DNA of 64,000 nucleotides from Candidatus Kaiserbacteria bacterium (GTDB lineage Bacteria; Patescibacteriota; Minisyncoccia; Phycocordibacterales; UBA2100): NCBI GenBank assembly GCA_016867375.1, contig VGJQ01000002.1, positions 368 to 64,367 of the forward strand, read 5' to 3'. Shown piece by piece: positions 17,344 to 26,599 of this stretch (position 1 is its first letter; each line of letters starts with the position of its first letter). The notes under the pieces were generated by a model. It saw only the letters and a program-made list of their open reading frames with translations, ran no database searches and was not told where the DNA came from. The position numbers and the translations under genes were made by a program.

Positions 17344-18621
17344 ATGAATCCCTTCAAACATCCGCGCTTGGTCAAACGCTACTGGCAGATGCTCGGTCCG
17401 GGGCTCGTGACAGGTGCCGCAGATGATGATCCGTCGGGTGTCGCTACCTATTCGCAGGCGGGTGCTTTGTATGGATTGCAGCTGATCTGGATGTCGGTGT
17501 ACACATTACCGCTGATGATCGCGATCCAAGAGATGTGCGCGCGTATCGGCATGGTGAGCGGGCGGGGTCTGGCCGAAAATATCCGCCGCGAGTACCCGCG
17601 CTGGGCCCTCTATCTATGCGTCGTGCTCCTGCTCGGAGCCAACACGTTTAACATCGGAGCCGATTTGGGAGCGATGGCGGCGAGTGTGCAGCTTCTCTGG
17701 CCGGCAGCTGATTTTGCCGTAGTCGTGTTCGCGTTTGCTATTTGTAGTCTCTTGCTGCAAATTTTCACGCCCTATCGAATCTATGCACGCTACCTCAAAT
17801 ACCTGGCACTTGTACTTCTTTCGTACGTAGCGACAGGTCTTATCGTCAACCTGGAATGGGGGAATGTGCTTCTGCATGCCATTGTCCCCTCGCTGGATTT
17901 TTCCCGCGAAAGCTTTTTCATTGTGTGTGCGGTCCTCGGCACGACGATCTCGCCCTACCTTTTCTTTTGGCAGACATCACAAGAGGTAGAGGAAGAGATA
18001 CAGAGTGGGAGCACCACGATCCGTGCGCGCGCAGGAGCCACCGATGCAGATATCCGCGATATGCGCATCGATGTCTCGTCGGGAATGATCATTTCAAATA
18101 TCGTGATGTTCTTTATCATTGCCGTCTGCGCCGAGACGCTCTTTGCGCACGGGATCGATGGTATCGAGACGGCAGCTGATGCCGCTGCAGCGCTGGTGCC
18201 ACTTGTCGGTGAGTGGGCGTCGGCTTTCTTTGCGCTCGGTATCATTGGGACGGGCATGCTATCGATCCCCGTGTTTGCCGGGGCCAACGGCTATGCGCTC
18301 GCCGAGACATTTCACTGGCACGAAGGCCTCTATCGCAGATTTCGTTCGGCGCTCGGATTTTATCTCACGATTGCGGCGTCTATGATCGTCGCGCTCGGAC
18401 TCAATTTCATCGGCATCGATCCGATCAAGGCACTCATTTATTCGGCAGTAGCCAACGGCATCGTCGCTCCCGTGGTGCTCTTCTTCATCGTGCGATTGAG
18501 TGACGACCCCAAGATCATGGGTGATCGGGTCAATGGCCCGCTCATCCGCATGCTCGGATGGCTCACCTTCTTTGCCATGACTTTGTCGGGTATTGCGGTG
18601 ATCCTGAGTTTCTTCATATAA
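17344..18621 (+). CDS. mntH: NRAMP-family divalent metal (Mn2+/Fe2+) transporter
   Basis: GPGLVTGAADDDPSGVATYSQAGA signature and ~11 TM helices. Confidence 0.8.
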   Translation: MNPFKHPRLVKRYWQMLGPGLVTGAADDDPSGVATYSQAGALYGLQLIWMSVYTLPLMIAIQEMCARIGMVSGRGLAENIRREYPRWALYLCVVLLLGANTFNIGADLGAMAASVQLLWPAADFAVVVFAFAICSLLLQIFTPYRIYARYLKYLALVLLSYVATGLIVNLEWGNVLLHAIVPSLDFSRESFFIVCAVLGTTISPYLFFWQTSQEVEEEIQSGSTTIRARAGATDADIRDMRIDVSSGMIISNIVMFFIIAVCAETLFAHGIDGIETAADAAAALVPLVGEWASAFFALGIIGTGMLSIPVFAGANGYALAETFHWHEGLYRRFRSALGFYLTIAASMIVALGLNFIGIDPIKALIYSAVANGIVAPVVLFFIVRLSDDPKIMGDRVNGPLIRMLGWLTFFAMTLSGIAVILSFFI

Positions 18622-18636
18622 TGATGCGATACCCGT

Positions 18637-19098
18637 ATGGAAACCAAATACGACAGCTCAATCGGAATCGTCCCCATCCATGAGGGCAAAGACAAAGTGT
18701 TTTCGTTTTGCTTGGTACATCACGCGACACGTCCTGATGGAAGTGGGGGGCACTGGGCATTTCCGAAGGGTCACATCGATGCAGGCGAATCCAAAGAAGC
18801 TGCCGCGCGGCGCGAGTTTTACGAGGAGACCGGCATGGTGACGTGTAAGATCGATCCCACGCGGACGTTTGTCGAACAGTATTCTTTCGAACGCGATGGC
18901 GTGAAGTATGAGAAAGAAGTTACATACTTCCTCGGATTTGTGGAGGCCAAAGGACCTGTCGCGCCGCGCGAGGCATTCAAGGGGGAGATCGTCGAGGCGC
19001 GCTGGGCCTCCTACTACGAAGCCAAAGAGCTCCTCTCGTATCCCGAGAGCATCAAGATCATGGACGAGGTGTGCGCGTACCTCAAGACGAGGCCTTAG
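18637..19098 (+). CDS. NUDIX hydrolase
   Basis: Nudix box GHIDAGESKEAAARREFYEETG (GX5EX7REUXEEXGU). Confidence 0.8.
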   Translation: METKYDSSIGIVPIHEGKDKVFSFCLVHHATRPDGSGGHWAFPKGHIDAGESKEAAARREFYEETGMVTCKIDPTRTFVEQYSFERDGVKYEKEVTYFLGFVEAKGPVAPREAFKGEIVEARWASYYEAKELLSYPESIKIMDEVCAYLKTRP

Positions 19099-19237
19099 GT
19101 CCCGTTCATAAGGCTCACTTCTGCATACATGACTTTTGGTCATGTATGCAAGTGTGTACTTAGTTCAACACAAGATGAACGGGCCCATAAGTGTAGTCCA
19201 CAAATAACGAGTACGTTATTTGTGGACGAGCCCTTAA
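19099..19237. repeat. Composite repeat: module C (19107-19165) + module B (the reverse complement of module A, 19160-19237); begins 1 nt after the NUDIX stop
   Basis: Near-identical to 32056-32200. Confidence 0.8.
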
Positions 19238-19305
19238 AAAATACAAAACAATATGGTATTATCCCAGCACCCTCAATGATCGAGGGTGTGTAAGCCGATG
19301 TAGCT

Positions 19306-19371
19306 CAGTTGGTACCCGCCCGAACGTACCGTTCGGTACGGGCGGGGAGCAACTCCAGGTAATCAGAAAGT
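19306..19371 (+). pseudogene. Duplicated 5' fragment of the downstream tRNA, interrupted in the D-loop by a 33-bp GC-rich palindrome (CCCGCCCG..CGGGCGGG)
   Basis: GCCGATGTAGCTCAGTTGGTA is identical to tRNA positions 1-21 at 19374, then the palindrome, then GAGCAACTCCA; no 3' half follows. Confidence 0.55.
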
Positions 19372-19373
19372 TA

Positions 19374-19655
19374 GCCGATGTAGCTCAGTTGGTAGAGCAA
19401 CTCCATGGTGGATCGCAGCAATCCCGCCCACTGGATCGGTAACGATGCAGTGAATCCCGAATAACGGTTAAAGACCTTGCATAGGTTCAGACCGTAGCGC
19501 TCAAAAAGCGCTCGAACGACTGACAAGGGCCAGGTAAGATGGCGGCAACGCTTATCTCACGTGGAAGATACAGTCTAGCCCTCCCGAATAATGCAATAGA
19601 GAAGGGGAGGTGGAAGCGAAGGAGTAGGTCTCCGGTTCAAATCCGGACATCGGCT
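19374..19655 (+). tRNA. Intron-containing tRNA, probably tRNA-Thr(GGU). 5' exon 19374-19409, ~209-nt intron 19410-19618 in the anticodon loop, 3' exon 19619-19655
   Basis: Exons give acceptor GCCGATG/CATCGGC, D-arm GCTC-AGTTGGTA-GAGC, anticodon stem ACTCC/GGAGT, T-arm TCCGG-TTCAAAT-CCGGA. The 5' exon ends in U and the intron ends in G. The intron has group-I-like R/S elements (GTTCAGACCG.., AAGATACAGTCTAG) and a P7-like GACTG/CAGTC pairing. Confidence 0.6.
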
Positions 19656-19682
19656 CAAGCGGGTATACCCGTGTACGTGTAG

Positions 19683-19755
19683 GCCGACTTAGCTCAGCTG
19701 GTAGAGCAACCGCTTCGTAAGCGGTAGGTCCGGAGTTCGAATCTCCGAGTCGGCT
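19683..19755 (+). tRNA. tRNA-Thr (anticodon CGU)
   Basis: Acceptor GCCGACT/AGTCGGC, anticodon stem ACCGC/GCGGT with loop TTCGTAA, T-arm CGGAG-TTCGAAT-CTCCG. Confidence 0.85.
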
Positions 19756-19884
19756 CCGAAAGAATGGGTACCATATGGGCACCATGTGTCACGAATTCCC
19801 CCTCAAAATATCCCGTAAAATCAGGTATTGTTTTCCACAAGCCTATGACAGGACAGATGTCGGAGGTATACTACCTATATCTAT

Positions 19885-20232
19885 ATGGCAAGCACAGAAG
19901 AAGGAGCGCGTATTGCCGAGATCGGCGCAAAGATTGAAGCATGCGCGCACCTCATCACCACCGAAGAGTTCGAGTGTATCGTCAACGAATACGAGCTTTT
20001 GACACTGCGACGACATACGTATGAGATCGCGCTTGAGGTAGACGCGCGCCTCCTCACTGAGGAGAAGCGTAAAGAATACGAGAGCAAAATCGCGTACTGG
20101 TTGGAGAGAATTGCGGCGGTTGAAGAAAAAATACAAAAATGGCGCGCTGTGATCGACGGATGCCACTCCAAGCTCGAAGCGACTCGTGCCACTTACGAGG
20201 TGATGCGCGCCGAGTTTGAAAAGGTGAAATAA
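19885..20232 (+). CDS. Hypothetical coiled-coil protein (115 aa)
   Basis: GGAGGT SD before the ATG; charged helical sequence. Confidence 0.45.
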   Translation: MASTEEGARIAEIGAKIEACAHLITTEEFECIVNEYELLTLRRHTYEIALEVDARLLTEEKRKEYESKIAYWLERIAAVEEKIQKWRAVIDGCHSKLEATRATYEVMRAEFEKVK

Positions 20233-20251
20233 ATGCTTTTTTATTGCCTTT

Positions 20252-20461
20252 GTGTATAATGAAGCCATGGAAGTGCTTGATACACAATTGCAAAAGAAGG
20301 TGCGAGCAGCCTCAAAGAAGCTTGGCATGGACGAGCAAGAGTTGGTCAATCATGCTGTCTCTCAATACCTCCACATGATGGAGGGTGCTAAGCAGCTTAA
20401 GCAAGAATTACGCATGTGGGATGTTCTCGCTGCCAAATCCATGCGCGCGCATGGATTCTAG
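20252..20461 (+). CDS. Ribbon-helix-helix (CopG-like) putative antitoxin
   Basis: VLDTQLQKKVRAASKKLGMDEQELVNHAVSQYL fits a beta-strand plus two helices RHH pattern. Immediately upstream of a mazF-like remnant. Confidence 0.45.
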   Translation: MYNEAMEVLDTQLQKKVRAASKKLGMDEQELVNHAVSQYLHMMEGAKQLKQELRMWDVLAAKSMRAHGF

Positions 20462-20464
20462 GTT

Positions 20465-20580
20465 ATGAAAGCGGGGGAAGTCTGGATCGTGCATCATTGC
20501 TTGCAAAGAAAATAGGCGTGCTCGATGCAAAAGACTTGCGGGCGATTCGCGTGCAGGCAAGGAAACTTATCGGATAATTT
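20465..20580 (+). pseudogene. Internally deleted MazF/PemK-like toxin remnant (N-terminal 16 codons, a frameshift, then 21 C-terminal codons)
   Basis: MKAGEVWIVHH resembles the MazF/Kid N-terminus (RGDIWLV). After a frameshift, ..LDAKDLRAIRVQARKLIG* resembles the MazF C-terminus ..EELQLIKAKINVLIG*. About 210 nt of the middle of the gene is absent. Confidence 0.45.
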
Positions 20581-20583
20581 TAT

Positions 20584-21486
20584 ATGATGGCAAGTAAGGA
20601 GGAGATACAGGCGCGGATGAAGGAGATCGAGGGGCTCATGGGAGACCCGTCTTTTTGGAATGATAAAGGTGCTGCGCAGGCCGCCCTCAAGGAGTATCAG
20701 GACTTGAAGGCGGCACTTGAAGGTGTCGGTCAATATGACAAGAGCGATGCGATCGTCAGTATCGTCTCGGGTGCCGGTGGCGACGATGCGGAAGATTTCT
20801 CACGCATGCTCTTTTCCATGTATCAAAAATACTGCGCGTCATGCGGCTGGAAGACGGCCCTCCTCGACTCCAACGAAAATTCGATGGGCGGCTTTCGCAG
20901 TATTTCTTTCGATGTGATCGGTAGCGGCTCCTATGGTGCGCTGAAAGCTGAGGCGGGCGTGCATCGCCTCGTGCGTATGTCGCCTTTCAATAGCGCCGGC
21001 AAGCGCCAGACCAGCTTTTCGCTCGTAGAAGTCTTGCCCAAGCTTCCGGATGCGGGCGATTTGCACATACCCGAGACCGATCTCGACATATCATTTGCAC
21101 GCTCGGGCGGTCCCGGAGGGCAAAATGTCAACAAGCGCGACACAGCCGTGCATGCCACGCACACGCCGACCGGCCTGCATGTGCACGTCACGAGCGAGCG
21201 CAGCCAGGCTCAAAATAAGGAGAAGGCGATCGAAATGCTGCGTGGCAAGCTCTTCCATATGCGCGAAGAAGCCGCCAAGGCAGAAGCGCGCGGCCTCGCC
21301 GTCGCCTCGACGCAGAAGATTGAGTGGGGAAGCCAGATCCGTTCGTATGTGCTGCACCCGTACCAGCTTGTCAAAGATCATCGCACCAACTATGAACGGC
21401 ATGATGTGGAAAGAGTCCTTGAGGGCGACATACAGGCGTTTATCGACGCCGAAAAGGACTTTGAATCGGGAAAAACTACGGTATAA
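20584..21486 (+). CDS. prfB: Peptide chain release factor 2, short form (300 aa) without the programmed +1 frameshift site
   Basis: SPF tripeptide motif (RF2-specific), GGQ motif and C-terminal GWGSQIRSYVL. No CTT-TGA-C shifty site upstream. The N-terminal ~65 residues of canonical RF2 are absent. Confidence 0.8.
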   Translation: MMASKEEIQARMKEIEGLMGDPSFWNDKGAAQAALKEYQDLKAALEGVGQYDKSDAIVSIVSGAGGDDAEDFSRMLFSMYQKYCASCGWKTALLDSNENSMGGFRSISFDVIGSGSYGALKAEAGVHRLVRMSPFNSAGKRQTSFSLVEVLPKLPDAGDLHIPETDLDISFARSGGPGGQNVNKRDTAVHATHTPTGLHVHVTSERSQAQNKEKAIEMLRGKLFHMREEAAKAEARGLAVASTQKIEWGSQIRSYVLHPYQLVKDHRTNYERHDVERVLEGDIQAFIDAEKDFESGKTTV

Positions 21487-21503
21487 TTGGACCCGTTGCC
21501 GGT

Positions 21504-22187
21504 ATGATCTATTTCGACAAAGTCACCAAAGTCTATTTCGAAGGCGCGCTTCCCGCCGTCGAAGACATCACTCTCACTATCGATCCCGGCGAATTCGTCT
21601 CCATCGTGGGGCATTCCGGGGCCGGCAAGACCACACTGCTGAAAATGCTCTTCGCCGAAGTCGAGCCGACCGTCGGCACCGTGTATTTCGGCTCGCGTGA
21701 GATACCGCGCCTCTCGGGAAAGGAGCTCCTCCATCTGCGCCGCAATATCGGCACGGTATTCCAGGATTTCCGCCTCCTCTCCACCAAAAATGTCTACGAA
21801 AATATCGCCTTTGCGCTCGAAGTCGCGGGCAAAAGCGATGAAGATATCCAGGCAGACGTGCCGCATGTGCTTGATCTCGTCGGCCTTTCCGACAAGATTT
21901 GGAATTTCCCTCGCGAGCTCTCCGGCGGGGAGCAGCAGCGCGTCGCGATCGCCCGGGCGATCGTCAATCAGCCCGAAGTCCTCATCGCCGACGAACCGAC
22001 CGGCAATCTCGATCCGATCAATGCACACGACGTCGTCGAGATCTTAAAGAAGATCAACGACCTCGGTACGACCGTGCTTCTCACCACGCACAATAAGTCA
22101 ATCGTGGATGCCGTTGGTCGACGTGTCGTGACGATGGACCAGGGTAAGATCGTACGGGATGACAAGCAGGGCAAATACGTACTATAG
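21504..22187 (+). CDS. ftsE: Cell-division ABC ATPase FtsE
   Basis: Walker A GHSGAGKTT, ABC signature LSGGEQQR, Walker B LIADEPTGNLD. Confidence 0.85.
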   Translation: MIYFDKVTKVYFEGALPAVEDITLTIDPGEFVSIVGHSGAGKTTLLKMLFAEVEPTVGTVYFGSREIPRLSGKELLHLRRNIGTVFQDFRLLSTKNVYENIAFALEVAGKSDEDIQADVPHVLDLVGLSDKIWNFPRELSGGEQQRVAIARAIVNQPEVLIADEPTGNLDPINAHDVVEILKKINDLGTTVLLTTHNKSIVDAVGRRVVTMDQGKIVRDDKQGKYVL

Positions 22188-22285
22188 GATTCAAAATATA
22201 AAACTAAAAACATGAAAAATCTGAACATTATGAACAAGACCTACATTCTTTAATTTTACGTTTTTGATTTATTATTTATCTGTAT

Positions 22286-23215
22286 ATGTCTTTCTGGCTT
22301 ACCACAAAAAGAGTCGCGCGATACGGATTGATCGGCTTCATCCGCAACGGCTTCATCTCGCTCTCGGCCATTCTCATCATGACGATCACCCTCTTCGTCA
22401 TCTCCATCCTCATGATCTCCAGTGCGGCACTCAAGAGTGTCTTGGCCGATCTCACGAGCAAGGTCGACGTCACCGTTTACTTCACCACCGATGCCTCGCA
22501 AGATCAGATAGATCAGATTCGTCAGTCAGTCGAAGCGTTGCCAGAAGTCGCGGGTGTCTCCTATATATCGCGTGATGATGCGCTCGCACGCTTCCAGGAG
22601 CGCCACAAGAACGACCAGCTCACCATGCAAGCCCTCCAAGGGCTCGGCGAAAATCCGCTCGGCGCATCGCTCGAGATCCGCGCCAAGGAGACCTCGCAAT
22701 ACGAGACGATCGCGCGATTCCTCGACGCGCAGCAGGCCAGTGGTGCGGGGAGCGGCAGTGCGATCGATAAGGTCAACTTCGCTCAAAACAAGACGACGAT
22801 CGATCGACTCACCAATATTATCCAGACTTCACGTACGCTCGGTGTCGCGATCGCGATCATCCTCGGTCTCGCATCCATACTCATCGTCTTCAATACCATC
22901 CGACTCGCTATCTATACTTCGCGTGAAGAGATCGGTGTGATGAATCTTGTCGGTGCCAATCCGTGGTATGTGCGCGGGCCCTTCATGATCACGGGTGTCC
23001 TCTATGGCCTCGTGAGTGCGGTGCTCGTCCTCGTCATACTCTACCCACTCACCGCATGGCTCGGGCCCACCTCGGAGCGCTTCTTCGGCACATTCAATGT
23101 CCTCAGCTATTACACAGGCTCGTTTGCCGTGCTCTTTTTCACCATACTCATATCAGGTGTCGCACTCGGCGCACTCTCAAGTTATTTGGCAGTCAGTCGG
23201 TATTTAAATACATAA
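22286..23215 (+). CDS. ftsX: Cell-division permease FtsX
   Basis: FtsX topology (N-terminal TM, periplasmic domain, three C-terminal TM helices); follows ftsE after a 98-bp AT-rich spacer. Confidence 0.8.
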   Translation: MSFWLTTKRVARYGLIGFIRNGFISLSAILIMTITLFVISILMISSAALKSVLADLTSKVDVTVYFTTDASQDQIDQIRQSVEALPEVAGVSYISRDDALARFQERHKNDQLTMQALQGLGENPLGASLEIRAKETSQYETIARFLDAQQASGAGSGSAIDKVNFAQNKTTIDRLTNIIQTSRTLGVAIAIILGLASILIVFNTIRLAIYTSREEIGVMNLVGANPWYVRGPFMITGVLYGLVSAVLVLVILYPLTAWLGPTSERFFGTFNVLSYYTGSFAVLFFTILISGVALGALSSYLAVSRYLNT

Positions 23216-23220
23216 GTAGT

Positions 23221-25002
23221 ATGACAGAAGCGGGGCAAGGCAACGTGCGAGGCGTTACATCGGATGCAGTTCAAGGCGCGCCAACAAAATCTTCTGAGCC
23301 ATACAAAACGTATGGTGAAGAAGATTTTGTGCAGCGCAACGCAGAAATGCGCCGATTTAACGCCTCGCACAAATACATTTTCGTGGTTGGCGGGGTAATG
23401 TCGGGCGTCGGTAAGGGCATCGTCACCTCATCGCTCGGCAAGATCCTCTCGGCACGCGGCCTCAAGGTCAATCTCATGAAGATTGACCCATATCTCAACG
23501 TCGACGCGGGTACGATGAATCCGACGGAGCATGGCGAAGTCTTCGTGCTCGACAGCGGCCTCGAGACCGATCAGGACATGGGCAACTACGAGCGTTTCCT
23601 CAATCGTGATCTCGGACCCGAAGACTACATGACGAGTGGTATGGTCTACAAGACCGTGATCGATCGTGAACGCAATCTTGGCTATGGCGGCAAGTGCGTC
23701 GAAGCGGTCCCGCATGTGCGCGACGAGATTGTCGATCGTTTCGAGCGTGCGGCGAAAGCGTCTGACTCAGACATTACCGTCGTCGAGATCGGCGGCACGG
23801 TCGGCGATTTCCAAAATGCGCTCTATATCGACGCGGCGCGCGTGATGCATATGCGCCATCGGAACGATGTCGTATTTATCATGGTCTCGTACCTGCCGGT
23901 CCCGGGCGCTTTGGGAGAGATGAAGACACGTCCGACACAGCATGCGGTCACGGCACTCAATAGCTATGGCGTGCAGCCGGATTTCATCGTCGCACGCTCC
24001 ACACATGCACTTGATCAAAAACGCAAAGACAAGCTCTCCGTCTCGTGCAATGTCTTACCTGAGCACGTGATTTCCGCGCCTGATGTAAAGAGTGTCTACG
24101 ATGTCCCGCTTAATCTCGAGCGCGACAATCTCTCAGGACTCATCTTGAAAGCGCTCGGTATGGAAACCACACAACAGACCGATCTTAAGGAATGGGAGAC
24201 ATTTGCCGCCCATGCACACAATGGCCAGCAGACGGTCAAGATCGGCATCGTGGGCAAGTATTTCGACACCGGCGACTTCGTCCTTTCCGACGCGTATCTC
24301 TCGGTCATTGAAGCGATCAAGTATTCCGCATACCACCAAGACGTGAAGCCGGAAATCGAATGGCTCAACGCCAAAGACTACGAGAAAGATCCGACCAAGG
24401 TCTCCGAGCTTGCCGGCTACGACGGTATCATTGTGCCGGGAGGATTTGGCGAGACGGGTATAGAGGGCAAGATCAACGCGATCCAGTATTGTCGCGAGAA
24501 TAAGATTCCGTATTTTGGCCTCTGTTACGGCATGCAGCTCATGACGGTCGAATACGCGCGCCACGTGGCCGGTATCGAAGGGGCTCATACCACCGAGATC
24601 AAAGTCGACACCAAAGATCCGGTGATCATGATATTGCCCGAGCAGATCGAAAAGATGGCCAAGAAAGACTACGGCGGCTCGATGCGCCTGGGTGCCTATC
24701 CGTGTGCTCTCAAAGAGGGGACGATTGCGCGGGAAGCATACGGCGTGGAGAGTATCTCTGAGCGTCATCGCCATCGATATGAGGTCAATCCCTCCTATGT
24801 CGCCAAGCTCGAGGGTGCAGGACTCGTCTTCTCCGGCACCTCGCCCGACAAACATCTGATGGAGATTGCCGAGCTGCCACGCGACAAGCATCCCTTCATG
24901 CTCGGGACCCAATTCCACCCGGAGCTCAAAGCGCGCCCGCTTTCGCCGCATCCGCTTTTCACGGCATTCATAAAGGCATCACTTGCTCGTAAGGGGACAT
25001 GA
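23221..25002 (+). CDS. pyrG: CTP synthase PyrG
   Basis: KYIFVVGGVMSGVGKGI.., amidotransferase GLCYGMQ and H-x-E region. The start is ambiguous: ATG 23221 gives a ~42-aa extension, while ATG 23347 gives a canonical-length protein. Confidence 0.85.
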   Translation: MTEAGQGNVRGVTSDAVQGAPTKSSEPYKTYGEEDFVQRNAEMRRFNASHKYIFVVGGVMSGVGKGIVTSSLGKILSARGLKVNLMKIDPYLNVDAGTMNPTEHGEVFVLDSGLETDQDMGNYERFLNRDLGPEDYMTSGMVYKTVIDRERNLGYGGKCVEAVPHVRDEIVDRFERAAKASDSDITVVEIGGTVGDFQNALYIDAARVMHMRHRNDVVFIMVSYLPVPGALGEMKTRPTQHAVTALNSYGVQPDFIVARSTHALDQKRKDKLSVSCNVLPEHVISAPDVKSVYDVPLNLERDNLSGLILKALGMETTQQTDLKEWETFAAHAHNGQQTVKIGIVGKYFDTGDFVLSDAYLSVIEAIKYSAYHQDVKPEIEWLNAKDYEKDPTKVSELAGYDGIIVPGGFGETGIEGKINAIQYCRENKIPYFGLCYGMQLMTVEYARHVAGIEGAHTTEIKVDTKDPVIMILPEQIEKMAKKDYGGSMRLGAYPCALKEGTIAREAYGVESISERHRHRYEVNPSYVAKLEGAGLVFSGTSPDKHLMEIAELPRDKHPFMLGTQFHPELKARPLSPHPLFTAFIKASLARKGT

Positions 25003-25751
25003 GTTTGAAATTGGCGAGTATCAATATCGAGCGATCAAAACACCTCGATCGTGTCATTCCCTTTTTACAGCGCTACGATCCGGATGTGATATGCGTTCAA
25101 GAGTTGCTTGAGCGTGATATCCCTTTGTTTGAAGAGATATTTGGTGTGAAATGCATTTTCGGCCCATCAGGATTTCATTCCGCAGATGAGCCGGAGACAG
25201 AATCGGTCATGGTGGGCACAGCGCTTCTCTCGCGCCTCCCCATACGCTCGCAGAAGATCGAATACTATACCGGGAGCGAAGCGCAGGCTCGCTCCAATGA
25301 ACCGCAAGAAATACTTACCAACTCAAAACTCATCATATGCGATCTCGAAAAAGACGACACTTTATTTCGTATTGCCACGACGCATTTCACCTGGTCTCCC
25401 CGTGGAATGGCGACGGATGAGCAGCGGACAAACATGCGTCATCTGATCGATATACTCGGGGCGATGGGGGAGTTTGTTTTGTGCGGGGATTTTAATGCGC
25501 CGCGCGGAGGAGAGATATTTGCGATGCTTACTGACGTGTACAAAGACAATATACCACCACAGTATGCGACGAGCATCGACATCGATCTGCATCGCGCCGG
25601 ACGCACGCGCCCGCAGGAGCTTGCCGACAAGATGGTGGACGGCCTCTTCTCGACCCCCGGCTATGAGGTGGCAGATGTGCAGCTCATATCGGGTGTATCG
25701 GACCACTGCGCGGTCACGACGACGATCTCGCGCAGGAGGTTGACATCCTAG
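24999..25751 (+). CDS. Endonuclease/exonuclease/phosphatase (EEP) family protein
   Basis: N-terminal LKLASINIERSKH..ICVQEL and C-terminal SDHCAV motifs of the EEP fold. ATGA overlap with the pyrG stop. Confidence 0.65.
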   Translation: MSLKLASINIERSKHLDRVIPFLQRYDPDVICVQELLERDIPLFEEIFGVKCIFGPSGFHSADEPETESVMVGTALLSRLPIRSQKIEYYTGSEAQARSNEPQEILTNSKLIICDLEKDDTLFRIATTHFTWSPRGMATDEQRTNMRHLIDILGAMGEFVLCGDFNAPRGGEIFAMLTDVYKDNIPPQYATSIDIDLHRAGRTRPQELADKMVDGLFSTPGYEVADVQLISGVSDHCAVTTTISRRRLTS

Positions 25752-25846
25752 TGACAGTATATTAGTATGCCTCCCAGTCCGCAGGCTATGCTTGCGGAGA
25801 AGGAGAATCGCTCATGGGGGCGATTCATTGAGGTAAGGAAAAACGA

Positions 25847-26392
25847 ATGTTGACGATTCTCGCATGGGGCACCTTTTTCGCCGGCCTTGCTGGCGCAGTC
25901 GCCATCTATGGACTCTTTCGTCCGAAGGGGTTCGAGAAGCTCGGGCCTTATGGTCTGATCCTGGAAGACTGGTTTTCGAGTCCTCCTGCATTGCTCCGGT
26001 CGGCGGCATGGCTCGGCGTGTTTGCGTTCGTCTTCTATCACGTCAGTCCGCTCGTCGCCATTGGCATCCTTGCGCTCTGGGCGCGGCGCTTTCCCCGGCA
26101 CTTCGATGCCTTTGCTGATGCATGGCTCGCGATGATCGGTCTTGCGAAGCAGATTCCGTGGCGCGTGACGCCCGTGGTCGAATGGCTCAAGGGAAACTAC
26201 GTCTACGAGCTCCAGTGGACCTACGCTGCCGACATCATCGCGGCGTTCGCGATCTGGTTTGGCGTCCTGGTCTTCGTCGGACTCAACTTCTCGTTGAGTC
26301 TGGTGCTCGTCGGCGCGGTCATCGCAGCGTGGGCCTACGTCAAGCACGTGGGCTATGATCGTCTGATCATGAAGGCGCTCGGCGCATTCTGA
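25847..26392 (+). CDS. Hypothetical integral membrane protein (181 aa, ~5 TM helices)
   Basis: Hydrophobic ORF followed by a terminator. Confidence 0.5.
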   Translation: MLTILAWGTFFAGLAGAVAIYGLFRPKGFEKLGPYGLILEDWFSSPPALLRSAAWLGVFAFVFYHVSPLVAIGILALWARRFPRHFDAFADAWLAMIGLAKQIPWRVTPVVEWLKGNYVYELQWTYAADIIAAFAIWFGVLVFVGLNFSLSLVLVGAVIAAWAYVKHVGYDRLIMKALGAF

Positions 26393-26407
26393 TCAACGAA
26401 ATAAAAA

Positions 26408-26441
26408 GAGGCGGTCTCTGCGAGACCGCCTCGATTTTTTT
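26408..26441 (+). terminator. Rho-independent terminator GAGGCGGTCTC-TGC-GAGACCGCCTC + TTTTTTT
   Basis: Perfect 11-bp stem and a 7-T tract. Confidence 0.75.
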
Positions 26442-26483
26442 ATCTGTATCCTATCGCGACACCACAGGGTATTCCGACAAAAA

Positions 26484-26520
26484 ATATGCTATCTCTACGC
26501 TATAGCGTATAGATAGCATA
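26484..26520. repeat. Module D palindrome ATGCTATCTCTACGC-TATA-GCGTATAGATAGCAT
   Basis: Same family as 13760, 32297, 58234 and 58947. Confidence 0.75.
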
Positions 26521-26599
26521 AGATTTTTCACCGACATAAAGCATAAAAATACCCGGCACATCGCTGTGCCGGGTTTTCTTTTGTGTCGAGAATCGGCGA

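Noticed and set aside
19552-19785. 77-aa ORF on the minus strand
   Set aside because: It lies entirely over the intron-containing tRNA and tRNA-Thr genes. It is an artefact of the GC-rich tRNA sequence.
20461-20584. Upstream exon or frameshift site of prfB
   Set aside because: No CTT-TGA-C shifty sequence and no RF2 N-terminal peptide in any frame. The region instead matches MazF termini.
22963-23220. Long N-terminal extension of pyrG overlapping ftsX (track ORF 22963-25002)
   Set aside because: The extension has no PyrG homology and overlaps the FtsX C-terminus in another frame; start set at 23221 (or 23347).
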